A DNA stretch of 64,000 bases from Bdellovibrionales bacterium (GCA_965199825.1 OZ241329.1:1120001-1184000), one strand, 5' to 3'. Shown: positions 1 to 9,907, counted from the stretch's first letter. Notes: generated by a model not told the origin, from the sequence alone. A program made the numbers and translations.

Positions 1-91
1 TTGGTATTTTATTTTTAAGAGCCACTTCTAAAACGGTTTTGCCTTTTCCGATTGGGACCGTTTTGGCCAAAGGGTAGAATTTCATTTTCAT
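1..91 (-). CDS. N-terminus of a probable 2Fe-2S ferredoxin-type protein (partial, runs off the window start)
   Basis: Manual translation from ATG at 91: MKMKFYPLAKTVPIGKGKTVLEVALKNKIP, resembling 2Fe-2S ferredoxin N-termini. The Cys motif lies outside the window. Not in the ORF track. Confidence 0.55.
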   Translation of the reverse strand, partial: MKMKFYPLAKTVPIGKGKTVLEVALKNKIP

Positions 92-153
92 GACTTTCAG
101 TGTTGAAGAGATTCAATATTGAATCAAGCGATAGACTAGGTTTAAAAAGAGCC

Positions 154-768
154 ATGCGATTTATAGCTTTCGATACCGAAACCACAGGTACTCTTCCAGG
201 TGTAGACCGTATTGTCGAAATCGGTGCGGTGAGATTTAATCGCGGCGAAGTTGAGGCGGTGTATTCCACTTTGATTAACCCATTGATTCCGATGCCAGCG
301 GGTGCAAGCGCGGTAAATGGAATTACGGACGAGATGCTTGTGGGAAAACCAACGATTGATACCTTGCTCGAATCTTTTGCCGAATTTTGTGGTGAAGATG
401 TGATCGTGGCCCACAATGCACCTTTTGATTATGGATTTTTAACCGCTGATATCAAAAAACACGAAGCTAAGGCGGGTCGTGGTCCAATGTTTGATACCTA
501 CTCATTATCTAAAAAAGTTTTCCCGGGTTTGGCAAATTATCGCCTTAGCACTTTGGTGGATCATCTTAAAATTGAAGCGGGCGAATTTCATAGAGCCGAG
601 GCCGACGCTGCAGCTTGCGGCACTGTATTTATCCGGATGGTTGAAAAGATTTTTGGCCACGCCAATGAGCTGCCCCCATTCGAAAATCTCATTGCGCTCA
701 GTGGACGAGAACCACTTAAATTTCCACAGATCATCCCACAGCCAAAGCAACTCGAACTTTTGTTTTAA
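154..768 (+). CDS. DEDDh 3'-5' exonuclease (DnaQ/Pol III epsilon-like)
   Basis: Motifs FDTETTG, VAHNAPFD, HRAEADA. Start moved to ATG 154. Confidence 0.92.
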   Translation: MRFIAFDTETTGTLPGVDRIVEIGAVRFNRGEVEAVYSTLINPLIPMPAGASAVNGITDEMLVGKPTIDTLLESFAEFCGEDVIVAHNAPFDYGFLTADIKKHEAKAGRGPMFDTYSLSKKVFPGLANYRLSTLVDHLKIEAGEFHRAEADAAACGTVFIRMVEKIFGHANELPPFENLIALSGREPLKFPQIIPQPKQLELLF

Positions 769-1109
769 AGGGCTGAGGCCACAGAGTGATGAGCTCTTAG
801 AAGTTTGGCCTCTGGATATTTCCAGCAGTACGATTCCTGTCCACAATCAAAATCAACAATGTAGAGGCCTTTTGGGTTTGCACCAAGTTTGCGAATCTTG
901 CTGTACCAATTCGAAATCAAATCATTGATCTCTTTTTCGATAACCATAATTTGTTTTGTGAGATGAGCCGGAGTGGATTCAAGCTGGGTGATTTTTTTTT
1001 CGGTCAAGTCACTTGATTGTTTTGTAATGTGAAGGAGGATGGGCAAAAGGTCTTCAGCTTCGTGAAGATCAAATCCATTTCGACAATTGATCTTGATGAT
1101 CGGGGCCAA
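765..1109 (-). CDS. DUF2203-like protein
   Basis: Coiled coil followed by KGLYIVDFD...YCWKYPE. Confidence 0.7.
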   Translation of the reverse strand: MAPIIKINCRNGFDLHEAEDLLPILLHITKQSSDLTEKKITQLESTPAHLTKQIMVIEKEINDLISNWYSKIRKLGANPKGLYIVDFDCGQESYCWKYPEAKLLRAHHSVASAL

Positions 1110-1182
1110 TCCTTATCTCCTCATCTCAAGGATGCAGGAAAATTAAAAAAAGGTCGGCCGGAATTTGCTGAACTAGACCTTT

Positions 1183-2007
1183 TTAAGAGTCCATCCCTTT
1201 TGTGATCTGCAGAGTTTGTCCGCCGATGAGCAAAAGAAGAGTAATGACAATGGCGGCAATAATTAAAAACCTGAGATAAGTCCCAAAGCTCCATTCCTCG
1301 CCGTCTTGAATCGCCAGGTCTTTGGATATGCCCTTTTTTCTTACCAGCATTCGATCGCCTACCTTCGTTCCCGTTGGCGAAGATACTTTTACAAGATTTG
1401 TGGTGCGTTCTTCTGAATCTTTTCCGCGACGATCAACATAAAATTCACCTTCTAAATAGCGATTATTTGCGCCTGCGTTTCCACCCTTTGAATTTAATGC
1501 CGATCCAGGGATCGAACTTCCAGAACTTCCAGTGTAGCGGGCATTCTTTTTACTAAAGTCATCATCGACAGATCCTTGATTCGAGCCGCGCGATCCCGAA
1601 CTTTGCGAAGCGCTGCTACTGCGAACCGGAATATTGCTTGCGCTGGAGGATTCATTTTCGCTTTTTGTGGGCCGACTTGTTTGCGATAAAGAACTCGACG
1701 AACTCGATGAGCCTGATTTTCCCGAAGAGCCGCTGGCATTTTGGGCGAGAGATTTACCATCGCTCAATGAGAATGGTTTATAAGTTGCCGCACAAGATTG
1801 CCCATTAGCACCGGGATTACCTTGAGCCGACATCAATTCGCCAGTCTCTAATAAACAGGCAAGGTAATTGCCAAAATAATTTTCGGCATAGGATTTAAAT
1901 GCATCATTAAACTGATACACAACCCCAATGATGATCGCGACAGTGATCATCACCACCAAAATATATTCCAACATCACTTGGCCCGATTGGTTATTTAAAC
2001 GCTTCAT
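1183..2007 (-). CDS. Pilin-like (TadE/Flp-type leader) protein with Ser-rich linker and C-terminal TM helix
   Basis: NQSG|QVMLEY class III signal plus hydrophobic helix; divergent from the Tad operon. Confidence 0.7.
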   Translation of the reverse strand: MKRLNNQSGQVMLEYILVVMITVAIIIGVVYQFNDAFKSYAENYFGNYLACLLETGELMSAQGNPGANGQSCAATYKPFSLSDGKSLAQNASGSSGKSGSSSSSSSLSQTSRPTKSENESSSASNIPVRSSSASQSSGSRGSNQGSVDDDFSKKNARYTGSSGSSIPGSALNSKGGNAGANNRYLEGEFYVDRRGKDSEERTTNLVKVSSPTGTKVGDRMLVRKKGISKDLAIQDGEEWSFGTYLRFLIIAAIVITLLLLIGGQTLQITKGMDS

Positions 2008-2024
2008 GTCTTACCTTGAGATAT

Positions 2025-2052
2025 TGATCGGTCAAAAACTGTCGCTTCTTTA
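2025..2052 (-). promoter_or_regulatory. Putative sigma28 (FliA)-type promoter for the 1183..2007 gene
   Basis: Minus strand TAAA-N16-ACCGATCA versus consensus TAAA-N15-GCCGATAA. Confidence 0.5.
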
Positions 2053-2126
2053 GACAGATGACTAGCGCATTTCGGCTAAACAGATTTAAGTCGAGATAAA
2101 GTCTGTATAGTTGTTGCTAGAGTCCT

Positions 2127-2153
2127 TATGTCATCTGAGCTAGTGGCCGATAA
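2127..2153 (+). promoter_or_regulatory. Putative sigma28 (FliA)-type promoter for flp
   Basis: TATG-N15-GCCGATAA, with a perfect -10 box ending 16 nt before the flp start codon. Confidence 0.6.
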
Positions 2154-2169
2154 ATTAACGGGGGAACAT

Positions 2170-2358
2170 ATGAAAAACATAATGAATTTAGCAAAACGAA
2201 TTCTTAAAGATGAATCTGCTCAGGGAGCAACCGAGTACATCTTGTTACTTGTGATCGTTGTTGGTCTAGCAATGCTCTTTAAAGGCAAGATCATGGAAAT
2301 GGTGACCGGTAAACTCGACGAATTAAAAACTTCGTTAGGAACAGTAACAAGCAGCTAA
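2170..2358 (+). CDS. flp: Flp family type IVb major pilin
   Basis: 62 aa, KDESAQGATEYILLL motif; GGGGA RBS before ATG 2170. Confidence 0.88.
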   Translation: MKNIMNLAKRILKDESAQGATEYILLLVIVVGLAMLFKGKIMEMVTGKLDELKTSLGTVTSS

Positions 2359-2552
2359 TGACTCTAGAATCCATCTTACTTCTTTGCTTGTATGCTTTTG
2401 TGGTTCTTGGAGCTTTTTTAGGCCCCAAGGGCCCGCTCTCGACATTTCAAACTTCTGCACCTCGACTCGCAGCTAGGGTCGAGCGCAATGTCACAACCGC
2501 AATTGGTTTTCGTACTTTGCAAAATAAAAATTGGGAATATGATAGTCCTTAA
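2358..2552 (+). CDS. Small pilin-like protein
   Basis: MTLE plus hydrophobic helix; translationally coupled to flp (TAATG). Confidence 0.6.
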   Translation: MTLESILLLCLYAFVVLGAFLGPKGPLSTFQTSAPRLAARVERNVTTAIGFRTLQNKNWEYDSP

Positions 2553-3031
2553 TGATCTTACCCACGCTCATCCTTTTAAGCGGCGTTATTGATGATTTGC
2601 GCTGTCGCAAAGTCCATAATATATTAGTTTTATTTTGTTTACTCGCAGCACTCACCACTGTTGGCATACAATCAGGTTATATGGCCTTACCGTATGCTCT
2701 CCTTTCTGGTGTGATCACACTTATCATTTGCTTGCCGCTCGTGATTGCCCAGGTCATGGGGGCGGGCGACATGAAGCTTCTGATGGCGTTTGCGGTGGCG
2801 ACCGGTTGGTCCAGTGCATTGTGGGTTTTGATCTATTCATTTTTATGGGGCGCTTTGCTTGGTGTCTTTAGAGCGATCTTGCGTGGTGAAGGCAGACTTT
2901 TATTATTTAGCACCATTCATGTGGCCATGCTCAAAAAGGCTTCACCGCTGCCACTCCAAAAAATTCCTTATACGGTGGCATTGTTGTTTGGTTGGCTTAC
3001 CCTGTTGTCATTGACCGGATTCAGAATATGA
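2552..3031 (+). CDS. Prepilin peptidase (A24, CpaA/TadV-like)
   Basis: DDLR..KVHN, MGAGDMKL and IPYTVAL motifs; multi-TM. Confidence 0.88.
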   Translation: MILPTLILLSGVIDDLRCRKVHNILVLFCLLAALTTVGIQSGYMALPYALLSGVITLIICLPLVIAQVMGAGDMKLLMAFAVATGWSSALWVLIYSFLWGALLGVFRAILRGEGRLLLFSTIHVAMLKKASPLPLQKIPYTVALLFGWLTLLSLTGFRI

Positions 3032-3285
3032 AACGACTCAAAAACAGTTCGGGTCAGTTTTTGGTCGAAGGAATTTTACTTCTCACTGTGTTAATGGCTT
3101 CAACAATTTTTATCGCAAAATATTTTAAAGAAAATAATTTAATTGCCCAATTGATTTCAGCCCCTTGGCAAAGTCTTTCGGGCATGTTGCAAAATGGGGT
3201 GTGGGCACCACCGGCAAAGTCGATGTCGCTTCATCCCAATAAATTTAATCGACACTCATCTCTAAAGGGTGAATCTCCCACATGA
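3028..3285 (+). CDS. Minor pilin-like protein
   Basis: NSSG|QFLVE class III signal; start moved to ATG 3028. Confidence 0.7.
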   Translation: MKRLKNSSGQFLVEGILLLTVLMASTIFIAKYFKENNLIAQLISAPWQSLSGMLQNGVWAPPAKSMSLHPNKFNRHSSLKGESPT

Positions 3286-3896
3286 GGTCCGAGCGGGGAT
3301 TTATCACGGTTGATTTCTTATTCGCCTTTGTTCTCGTGCTCTCATTTAGTGCTCTGTTGTTTGCACTCACTTTGACTTTGACGGTTGCTGAGATCACTCA
3401 ATACATCACATTTTCTGCGGCTCGAAATTACTATGCGGCTCATCAAGACGAAGCCGAGCAAGAGATGCTTGCAAGACAAAAGTTTTCACAATTGGTTGAT
3501 AATAAAGTTTTGAGTCCGCTTTATAAAAACGGTTGGTTTATTATTGATAAAACTTTAGAGCAGGGAACAAACATCAAAGATCTCTCTGTGGCCTACAAGG
3601 ATTACGCCGAAAGTGCGGGCGATCCCAATACCTTTTGGGGCGTGGGCACTTCATTTACCGCAAAAATTTTGGATTTTAATGTTCCCTTTTATGGCTCAAC
3701 CAATGATGGCAATACCGGAGGTTTTAAAACCTTTATTGCGAGCTATCTTGGGCGTGAGCCCACCGCGAGTGAGTGTTACAACTTTAATACTCAGCGCTGG
3801 GCAAGTATTCGGGCTCTCGATACGGGTGGTGCTGCTCCCTATTCTACTGGAACGGATCCCACAAAGTATGTGGTGGTAACAGACAATGGCTGCTAA
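3282..3896 (+). CDS. TadE/TadG-like pseudopilin
   Basis: ERG|FITVD leader, TM helix, SAARNY motif. Confidence 0.7.
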   Translation: MRSERGFITVDFLFAFVLVLSFSALLFALTLTLTVAEITQYITFSAARNYYAAHQDEAEQEMLARQKFSQLVDNKVLSPLYKNGWFIIDKTLEQGTNIKDLSVAYKDYAESAGDPNTFWGVGTSFTAKILDFNVPFYGSTNDGNTGGFKTFIASYLGREPTASECYNFNTQRWASIRALDTGGAAPYSTGTDPTKYVVVTDNGC

Positions 3897-4359
3897 CAAC
3901 CTTCGTTCACAAAATGGAAATGCAATGCTTGAGACTATTCCGCTGCTCGCAATTTTTGTGATGTTTGTGGGGTTTGGATTGGGACTTTTTGGATTTATTC
4001 ACACCGGAATTTTATATTCCATCGCCGCACGAGCGTACACGTCAGAAATTTTTCGTAATCGAACAAATTTAACCTATCACCGAGAAAATCTGAACGCGAT
4101 CTTAACCAACAAGCCCTTTGAAGGACGATATCATTTTATCCAGTCCGATACTGTGGCGGCTGCTGGAGACAAACCCATTGTTGCCACAGCACGACCGATT
4201 GCAATGGGAACCATGGCGCCAAAACTCCAGGCCAATAAAGATGTGCACAACAACAAGATCTTTTCGCTCGACGTTCGTAACCAAAATGTCGGGGTGAGTC
4301 CTGCTTGGGTGATGGTCGGGTATGGGATGTGCCTCAATGCCCATTGTGGCGGCGATTAA
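3886..4359 (+). CDS. TadE-like pseudopilin
   Basis: QNG|NAMLE leader, TM helix, AARAY motif. Confidence 0.72.
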   Translation: MAANNLRSQNGNAMLETIPLLAIFVMFVGFGLGLFGFIHTGILYSIAARAYTSEIFRNRTNLTYHRENLNAILTNKPFEGRYHFIQSDTVAAAGDKPIVATARPIAMGTMAPKLQANKDVHNNKIFSLDVRNQNVGVSPAWVMVGYGMCLNAHCGGD

Positions 4360-4392
4360 TCTGTCTCAATTTAAGAAATCTTTAGACCTCCC

Positions 4393-4420
4393 TAAACAGA
4401 ATGTTGAGTTGTTCCGATAC
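4393..4420 (+). promoter_or_regulatory. Putative sigma28 (FliA)-type promoter for the cpaB operon
   Basis: TAAA-N16-TCCGATAC upstream of ATG 4444. Confidence 0.5.
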
Positions 4421-4443
4421 GATATTAGGGAGTCTTTCTAGCT

Positions 4444-5328
4444 ATGAATCAAAATGAAACTCGCACCTTATGGATCAGCGTTGGCTCGGCTCTTTTTGCT
4501 GTGTTTTTACTTTATAGTTACACTCAAGAGAAAAGTGCGCAGCTCACCAAAAAATTTGGTGCTAAAGAAAACGTCGTTATCGCAAGCAAAGATATTATGG
4601 AAATGGAAACTATCGACGAGACCATGCTCCAAGTCGTTGAGCGTCCGGTTGATTTTATCCAGCCCCATGCGATCAAAGAACCCGAACGTGCAGTGGGTCT
4701 CGTAGCACTTGCTCCAATCAAAAAAGACGAACAAATTTTAGAAAGTAAAATCTTAGAGCCCGGTCCTGTTACAGGATTGTCGCTTCAAGTTTCGCCAACC
4801 AAACGTGCAGTCACAATTCCAATTGATGAAGTGCGCGGCATTGCAAAACTCTTAAAACCTGGCGACCGCATTGATTTAGTTGCAGCTCTGGATGTGGGTA
4901 AGGGTCCTTTGCAACACCGCGAAGTTCGAACTCTGATGGAAGATGTTCCAATACTCGCCACGGGTGTGCGAATTACTAATGAACTTCCACGCCTTTATGA
5001 AAAAATCGGCAAAGATGATTATATCAAAGATATCCGTGCAGACACCACATTCACAACGATCACGGTTGAGGCATCGCCAAAAGAATCACAAGATTTAATT
5101 TATATTTTGTCGACGGCTCCGGGATCTTTATTTCTAACACTCAGACATCCCTCGGATCACGCCAAACACTCACTCGGATCCACCACAGTCGAAGGAATTT
5201 TGGGAAAAGTTGATCCCAACCTGATCGAAGCTCAAGTGCGTATACCAGCTTCGCTCCCACCTCCGCCACCACCACCAAAGCCACAGCCCGAAAAACGCAA
5301 GAAAAAGGGGCCCTTTGTTGACTTATAA
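4444..5328 (+). CDS. cpaB: Flp pilus assembly protein CpaB/RcpC
   Basis: N-terminal TM, SAF-like region, RAVTIPID..LLKPGDRIDL. Confidence 0.9.
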   Translation: MNQNETRTLWISVGSALFAVFLLYSYTQEKSAQLTKKFGAKENVVIASKDIMEMETIDETMLQVVERPVDFIQPHAIKEPERAVGLVALAPIKKDEQILESKILEPGPVTGLSLQVSPTKRAVTIPIDEVRGIAKLLKPGDRIDLVAALDVGKGPLQHREVRTLMEDVPILATGVRITNELPRLYEKIGKDDYIKDIRADTTFTTITVEASPKESQDLIYILSTAPGSLFLTLRHPSDHAKHSLGSTTVEGILGKVDPNLIEAQVRIPASLPPPPPPPKPQPEKRKKKGPFVDL

Positions 5329-6775
5329 ACATCTTTTATTTTTATTTCTTTTTAGCTTTGCGGCTGTCGCTCAAGAAGTCGACGACATCATTCCTTTGAA
5401 TGTGGGTTTTCCCTCAGATAAAGTGATTGAGGATTTACCAAACGCCATCGACGTCGAAGGAACTTTTCGCAAAGTCACTCATGCCGAATACGATGCGGCC
5501 ACCAAGAGCATCCGATTTAATCCTTTTAAAGAAGGATCCGCTTCGTTTGTGATTAAAGAAAAAGGCTCAGGCAAGATTCTTTATAAATTTACTATTGATG
5601 CGCGTAAGACCGATTTGCAACGGGTGGCTAAAGAGATGCAAGCCCTGCTTGCAACCATCGAAGGCATCACCATTCGCATTATAAACAATAAAGTTGTGGT
5701 CGACGGACAAATTCTTTTGCCCACCGACATGAAGCGCATTCACAGTGTGGTCAAGCAATACGGAAACCTCGCGACCACGTTGGTGATTTTAAGTCCCATC
5801 GCACAAAATAAAATTGCCGAATTTATTGAACGCAAAATCAACAATCCAGAAATTCGTTGTAGCGCTGTAAACGGGAAATTTATTCTAGAAGGTTTTGCAA
5901 CAGACCAGCCTGAAAAAGATAAGTCCGAAATTATTGCCAAGATGTACATCCCCGATGTTGTGGTGGATGAGGCTGTTGCAGATAAAAAAGTATTAGAGCG
6001 CAAAGTGGATATGGTGATTAACCTCATCAACCTTCGTGCACCTCCCCAGCCCGAGCCCGCAAAGCTTGTGCAGATGGTGATCCACTATGTGGAATTGCAA
6101 AAAGATTATTCGCGCAGCTTTCGATTTCAGTGGACTCCTGATATTGGCGACGGATCCTCGGTTGGATTTTCAACCGGCGGAGCGGGTCAAGGTGGAGTGG
6201 TCTCAACCATCACCGGAACCATCAGTAATCTTTTGCCAAAATTAAATTGGGCTAAACAGCATGGTTTTGCTCGAGTGCTCCAGAGTTCAAGTTTGATCGT
6301 GCAAGATGGTAAGGCCGGGATCTTAAACTCAATCACTCGATTGCCTTACCAAGTTGTAAATGCTCAAGGCCAACCCTCAACCAATTTCGAAGAGACCGGG
6401 ATTAAAACAAATGTGACTCCAGAAATTATGGGGCAACGTTCGGACTCGGTAAAATTGGCTCTTAATTTTGCGGTAAAAAGTTTGATCAGTTACACCGCTC
6501 AAGGCCCCACAACTTCAAGCCGTGAGATGCAAACCACCATTCATGTAAAGAGTGGTGCGAGTGCAGCTGTGGGTGGATTGATCACTTCGGATACAGGAAC
6601 TGATTTTAATAAATTGCCTGCGAATGGCAGCACAAATCCTTTGATCTCTCTTTATGCTTCAAAAGATTTTCGCAATAACCAGAGTCAATTTGTGGTTTTT
6701 GTAACTCCAATTATTAAAAGCTCGGCCAGCACAGGATCAGATAAGATTAAGCAAAAATTTAGAATGTCCAACTAG
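5315..6775 (+). CDS. cpaC: Tad secretin (CpaC/RcpA-like)
   Basis: Signal peptide; secretin C-terminal pattern (SAAVGGLI...SKDFRNNQSQFVVFVTP). Confidence 0.85.
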   Translation: MLTYKHLLFLFLFSFAAVAQEVDDIIPLNVGFPSDKVIEDLPNAIDVEGTFRKVTHAEYDAATKSIRFNPFKEGSASFVIKEKGSGKILYKFTIDARKTDLQRVAKEMQALLATIEGITIRIINNKVVVDGQILLPTDMKRIHSVVKQYGNLATTLVILSPIAQNKIAEFIERKINNPEIRCSAVNGKFILEGFATDQPEKDKSEIIAKMYIPDVVVDEAVADKKVLERKVDMVINLINLRAPPQPEPAKLVQMVIHYVELQKDYSRSFRFQWTPDIGDGSSVGFSTGGAGQGGVVSTITGTISNLLPKLNWAKQHGFARVLQSSSLIVQDGKAGILNSITRLPYQVVNAQGQPSTNFEETGIKTNVTPEIMGQRSDSVKLALNFAVKSLISYTAQGPTTSSREMQTTIHVKSGASAAVGGLITSDTGTDFNKLPANGSTNPLISLYASKDFRNNQSQFVVFVTPIIKSSASTGSDKIKQKFRMSN

Positions 6776-6788
6776 AGGTACTTCGTCG

Positions 6789-9032
6789 GTGATACAAGAA
6801 AACTGTCATTTGATAGTCGTTATGGGCGGCAAGGGCGGCGTGGGAAAAAGCGTTTTCGCCGCAAACCTTGCAGCCGCTTTTTTAAGCGAAATGCGTGCCC
6901 CCACATTATTGATCGATCTTGATAGCAGAAGCTGTGGAGATCAAAATATCATCACGGGTCTTAGGCCTTTAAAAACAATCAATGAAGTCGCCCAATTTTC
7001 GGGTGCAATGACTCCCCAAGCGGTTGCCACGCTTGTTACTAAACACGCCTCGGGCTTAGGCTACATCGGTGCGGTACAAAGTCCCGATCAAGTTCTAACC
7101 GTTTCGCCAGAACTCTTAAAGAAACAACTCTTTGGTTTAAGCCAGAATTTTAAATTTATTATTGTCGATTGTGGGACCGAAATTGGGCCGGCTCAACTCG
7201 CTGTGATTGAAGATTGCAGTGCACTTTTGGTTGTGACCACACCCGAAGTTTTGGTGATCAATCAAACTCGAAGAATCTTAAATGATTTGCAATCGGCAAC
7301 TGTTCCCCAAGAACTGTTTCAAATTGTGTTAAATAAAACCGGCAAAAATGGTTTAGACCCCAAAGCAATCGAGCAAACTTTAAGACGCCCCTTGATCGGA
7401 TCAATCCCTCAAGACGACGCCACTGCTTACGCAGCTTTAAGTCGATCGGCCCCATTTGTATTTTCAAGTCCACAAACTCCATTAGCTCTTGCTCACTTTG
7501 ACGTGGCCCGAAAGCTGACCGGCGGAATCTTACAAAGATTAAAAACATTATCGCGACCAAAAAATCTTGCGGCGGCAGCTCCGGTTGCGGCAGTGACTGG
7601 TGCAGTTGAAAAGGGATCCCCTTTAAAGAAAAAAGAGCGCGGCCTCAACGCGGTGACTCTTTTAAAAATGCAAATCCATTCTGAATTGATCAAAGAGATG
7701 GATTTAAAAAAAGATATGTCGAGTATCCAAGGTGATTCTTCAAAAGAAAAAGAATTGCGCACAAAAACTCAACGTGTGATTTCAAATTTGATTGATCGTT
7801 TAGGCCAAGGTCTTCCGCGCGAAGAGCGCTCGCAAGTGATCAAACAAGTTTTGGATGAGTCCTTGGGGCTTGGACCACTTGAGGATTTATTGGCAGACCC
7901 TACTGTCACAGAGATCATGGTCAACGGTTGCGATAAGATCTATGTCGAGAAAAGCGGAAAGCTCACTCTCAGTACGGTTGTGTTCACCAGCAATCTGCAA
8001 CTTCGAAACGTGATCGAGCGAATTGTTACTCCACTTGGCCGACGTATTGACGAAAAGACACCTTATGTCGATGCCCGCTTGGCCGATGGATCTCGAGTGA
8101 ATGCGGTGATTGAACCGTTATCGATCGATGGTCCCGCTGTCACGATTCGAAAATTTCCAAGTTCACGCATCACACCTGATGATTACATTCGCTATCAATC
8201 GATCACCAAGCCCATGGTGGATTTTTTAAAGATCTGTGTGGAGCAAGGTTTAAATGTGATCATCTCTGGCGGTACGGGCTCTGGTAAAACCACTTTGCTC
8301 AACGTACTTTCGGGATTTATCCCTGTGAACGAACGTATTATTACGGTTGAAGATGCGGCAGAGCTTCAATTAAAACAAGAACACATTGTTCGCCTTGAGA
8401 CTCGTCCTGCAAACATGGAAGGCACTGGCGAAATCACCATTCGAGATTTAATTCGCAACTCTTTAAGGATGCGTCCTGATCGCATTGTGGTGGGAGAGTG
8501 TCGAGACGGTGCAGCACTTGATATGCTTGCCGCAATGAACACCGGTCACGATGGGTCGATGACCACAGTGCATGCGAACACCCCACGAGAAGCGATCGCA
8601 CGACTTGAAACTTTGTGTATGATGGCCGGTATGGACTTGCCCGCGCGAGCCATCCGCGAGCAAATCGCGGGTGCGGTCGACTTGATTATCCAAATTAGTC
8701 GAATGTCAGACGGCTCTAGAAAAATTATTAGCATTACCGAAGTTGTGGGCATGCAGGCCGAGACGGTGACCCTTCAAGAAGTATTTCGATTTAAAGAAGA
8801 AGGCTTTGATAAAAATAGAAAAATCATCGGCCAGTTTCAAGCGATGGGTTTGATTCCGACATTTATCGAAAAATTTGAGCAGCGAGGCGTTGCGATCCCA
8901 AGAAATTTATTTATTTCTGGCGGCGGCGCGGAAGCTGCTCCCGAAAAAGCGGCAAGCACACCGGCAACAACGGTTCGCCCACGTTTGGGTGTGACAACAC
9001 CGCTTAAGCCCACGGGATCGGACAATAAATGA
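6789..9032 (+). CDS. tadA: Fused TadZ/CpaE (MinD-like) and TadA/CpaF pilus ATPase
   Basis: N-terminal GGKGGVGKS P-loop; C-terminal GGTGSGKTT, LRMRPDRIVVGE, MNTGHDGSMTTVHAN. Confidence 0.93.
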   Translation: MIQENCHLIVVMGGKGGVGKSVFAANLAAAFLSEMRAPTLLIDLDSRSCGDQNIITGLRPLKTINEVAQFSGAMTPQAVATLVTKHASGLGYIGAVQSPDQVLTVSPELLKKQLFGLSQNFKFIIVDCGTEIGPAQLAVIEDCSALLVVTTPEVLVINQTRRILNDLQSATVPQELFQIVLNKTGKNGLDPKAIEQTLRRPLIGSIPQDDATAYAALSRSAPFVFSSPQTPLALAHFDVARKLTGGILQRLKTLSRPKNLAAAAPVAAVTGAVEKGSPLKKKERGLNAVTLLKMQIHSELIKEMDLKKDMSSIQGDSSKEKELRTKTQRVISNLIDRLGQGLPREERSQVIKQVLDESLGLGPLEDLLADPTVTEIMVNGCDKIYVEKSGKLTLSTVVFTSNLQLRNVIERIVTPLGRRIDEKTPYVDARLADGSRVNAVIEPLSIDGPAVTIRKFPSSRITPDDYIRYQSITKPMVDFLKICVEQGLNVIISGGTGSGKTTLLNVLSGFIPVNERIITVEDAAELQLKQEHIVRLETRPANMEGTGEITIRDLIRNSLRMRPDRIVVGECRDGAALDMLAAMNTGHDGSMTTVHANTPREAIARLETLCMMAGMDLPARAIREQIAGAVDLIIQISRMSDGSRKIISITEVVGMQAETVTLQEVFRFKEEGFDKNRKIIGQFQAMGLIPTFIEKFEQRGVAIPRNLFISGGGAEAAPEKAASTPATTVRPRLGVTTPLKPTGSDNK

Positions 9033-9907
9033 GTCTGATTTTTGGCAACGATTTTATATTTATACCTTTGTTCGCGATCGCCATTTTTTTAGCGGTTTAT
9101 AACAGCGCTGAACGTGTGCTGCAGTTTCTCCATTCAAGGAGCAGTGGCACTCGCGAAGAGATTATCAAAACTCTAGATTCTATGTTTGTCGAAATCGACA
9201 ACAAGCGAATCACCTGGATGCTGTATGGTTTAAGCTATGGACTTGGGGTTTTGTTTTTTATGGCCCTTTGGCCCAATGTGATCCCTGGATTGATTATTGG
9301 AATCGGAATGATGATGGTGGGCTTTACCCTTCCTCGCGTGGTGGTCAAAAATCTGTGGGAATCGCGCTGCAATCGTTTTGTAAATCAGATGGTCGATGGT
9401 TTAACCATTATGGGCAATGGAGTAAAAGCGGGTTTAAGTATTACCCAGTCGATGGAACGTGTGGTTGAAAACCTTAACGGTCCGATTGCTCAAGAATTTC
9501 GCCTAGTTCTAAATAAAATCAGATTAGGGATGGCCGTCGAGGAAGCCCTCAATGAACTCGGTGAGCGAATTCCGCGCCAAGATCTGCAAATGTTTGTGAC
9601 CGCGATTAATATTTTAAAGGAAACCGGCGGTAATCTTGCCGAAACTTTCGAAACGATCGTGCTCGTTGTACGAGAGCGTCAAAAGATTGAAAAGAAAATC
9701 CAAGCCCTTACAGCTCAAGGATCGATGCAGGCGATTATCATCACGCTTGTGCCCTTTGTCCTTCTGGGAGTGTTTTTGATGCTTGATCCTGGTTATGTAA
9801 TGCCTCTGTTTACCAAGCCTTTAGGATGGTTTGCCCTGGTCATGATGCTCGGCCTCCAAGTAATTGGTGGCGTCATGATGAAAAAGATAATTACAATTAA
9901 GGTGTGA
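9029..9907 (+). CDS. tadB: TadB (T2SS F-family) inner-membrane platform protein
   Basis: KAGLSITQS, ETGGNLAE motifs; TM helices. Confidence 0.88.
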   Translation: MSLIFGNDFIFIPLFAIAIFLAVYNSAERVLQFLHSRSSGTREEIIKTLDSMFVEIDNKRITWMLYGLSYGLGVLFFMALWPNVIPGLIIGIGMMMVGFTLPRVVVKNLWESRCNRFVNQMVDGLTIMGNGVKAGLSITQSMERVVENLNGPIAQEFRLVLNKIRLGMAVEEALNELGERIPRQDLQMFVTAINILKETGGNLAETFETIVLVVRERQKIEKKIQALTAQGSMQAIIITLVPFVLLGVFLMLDPGYVMPLFTKPLGWFALVMMLGLQVIGGVMMKKIITIKV

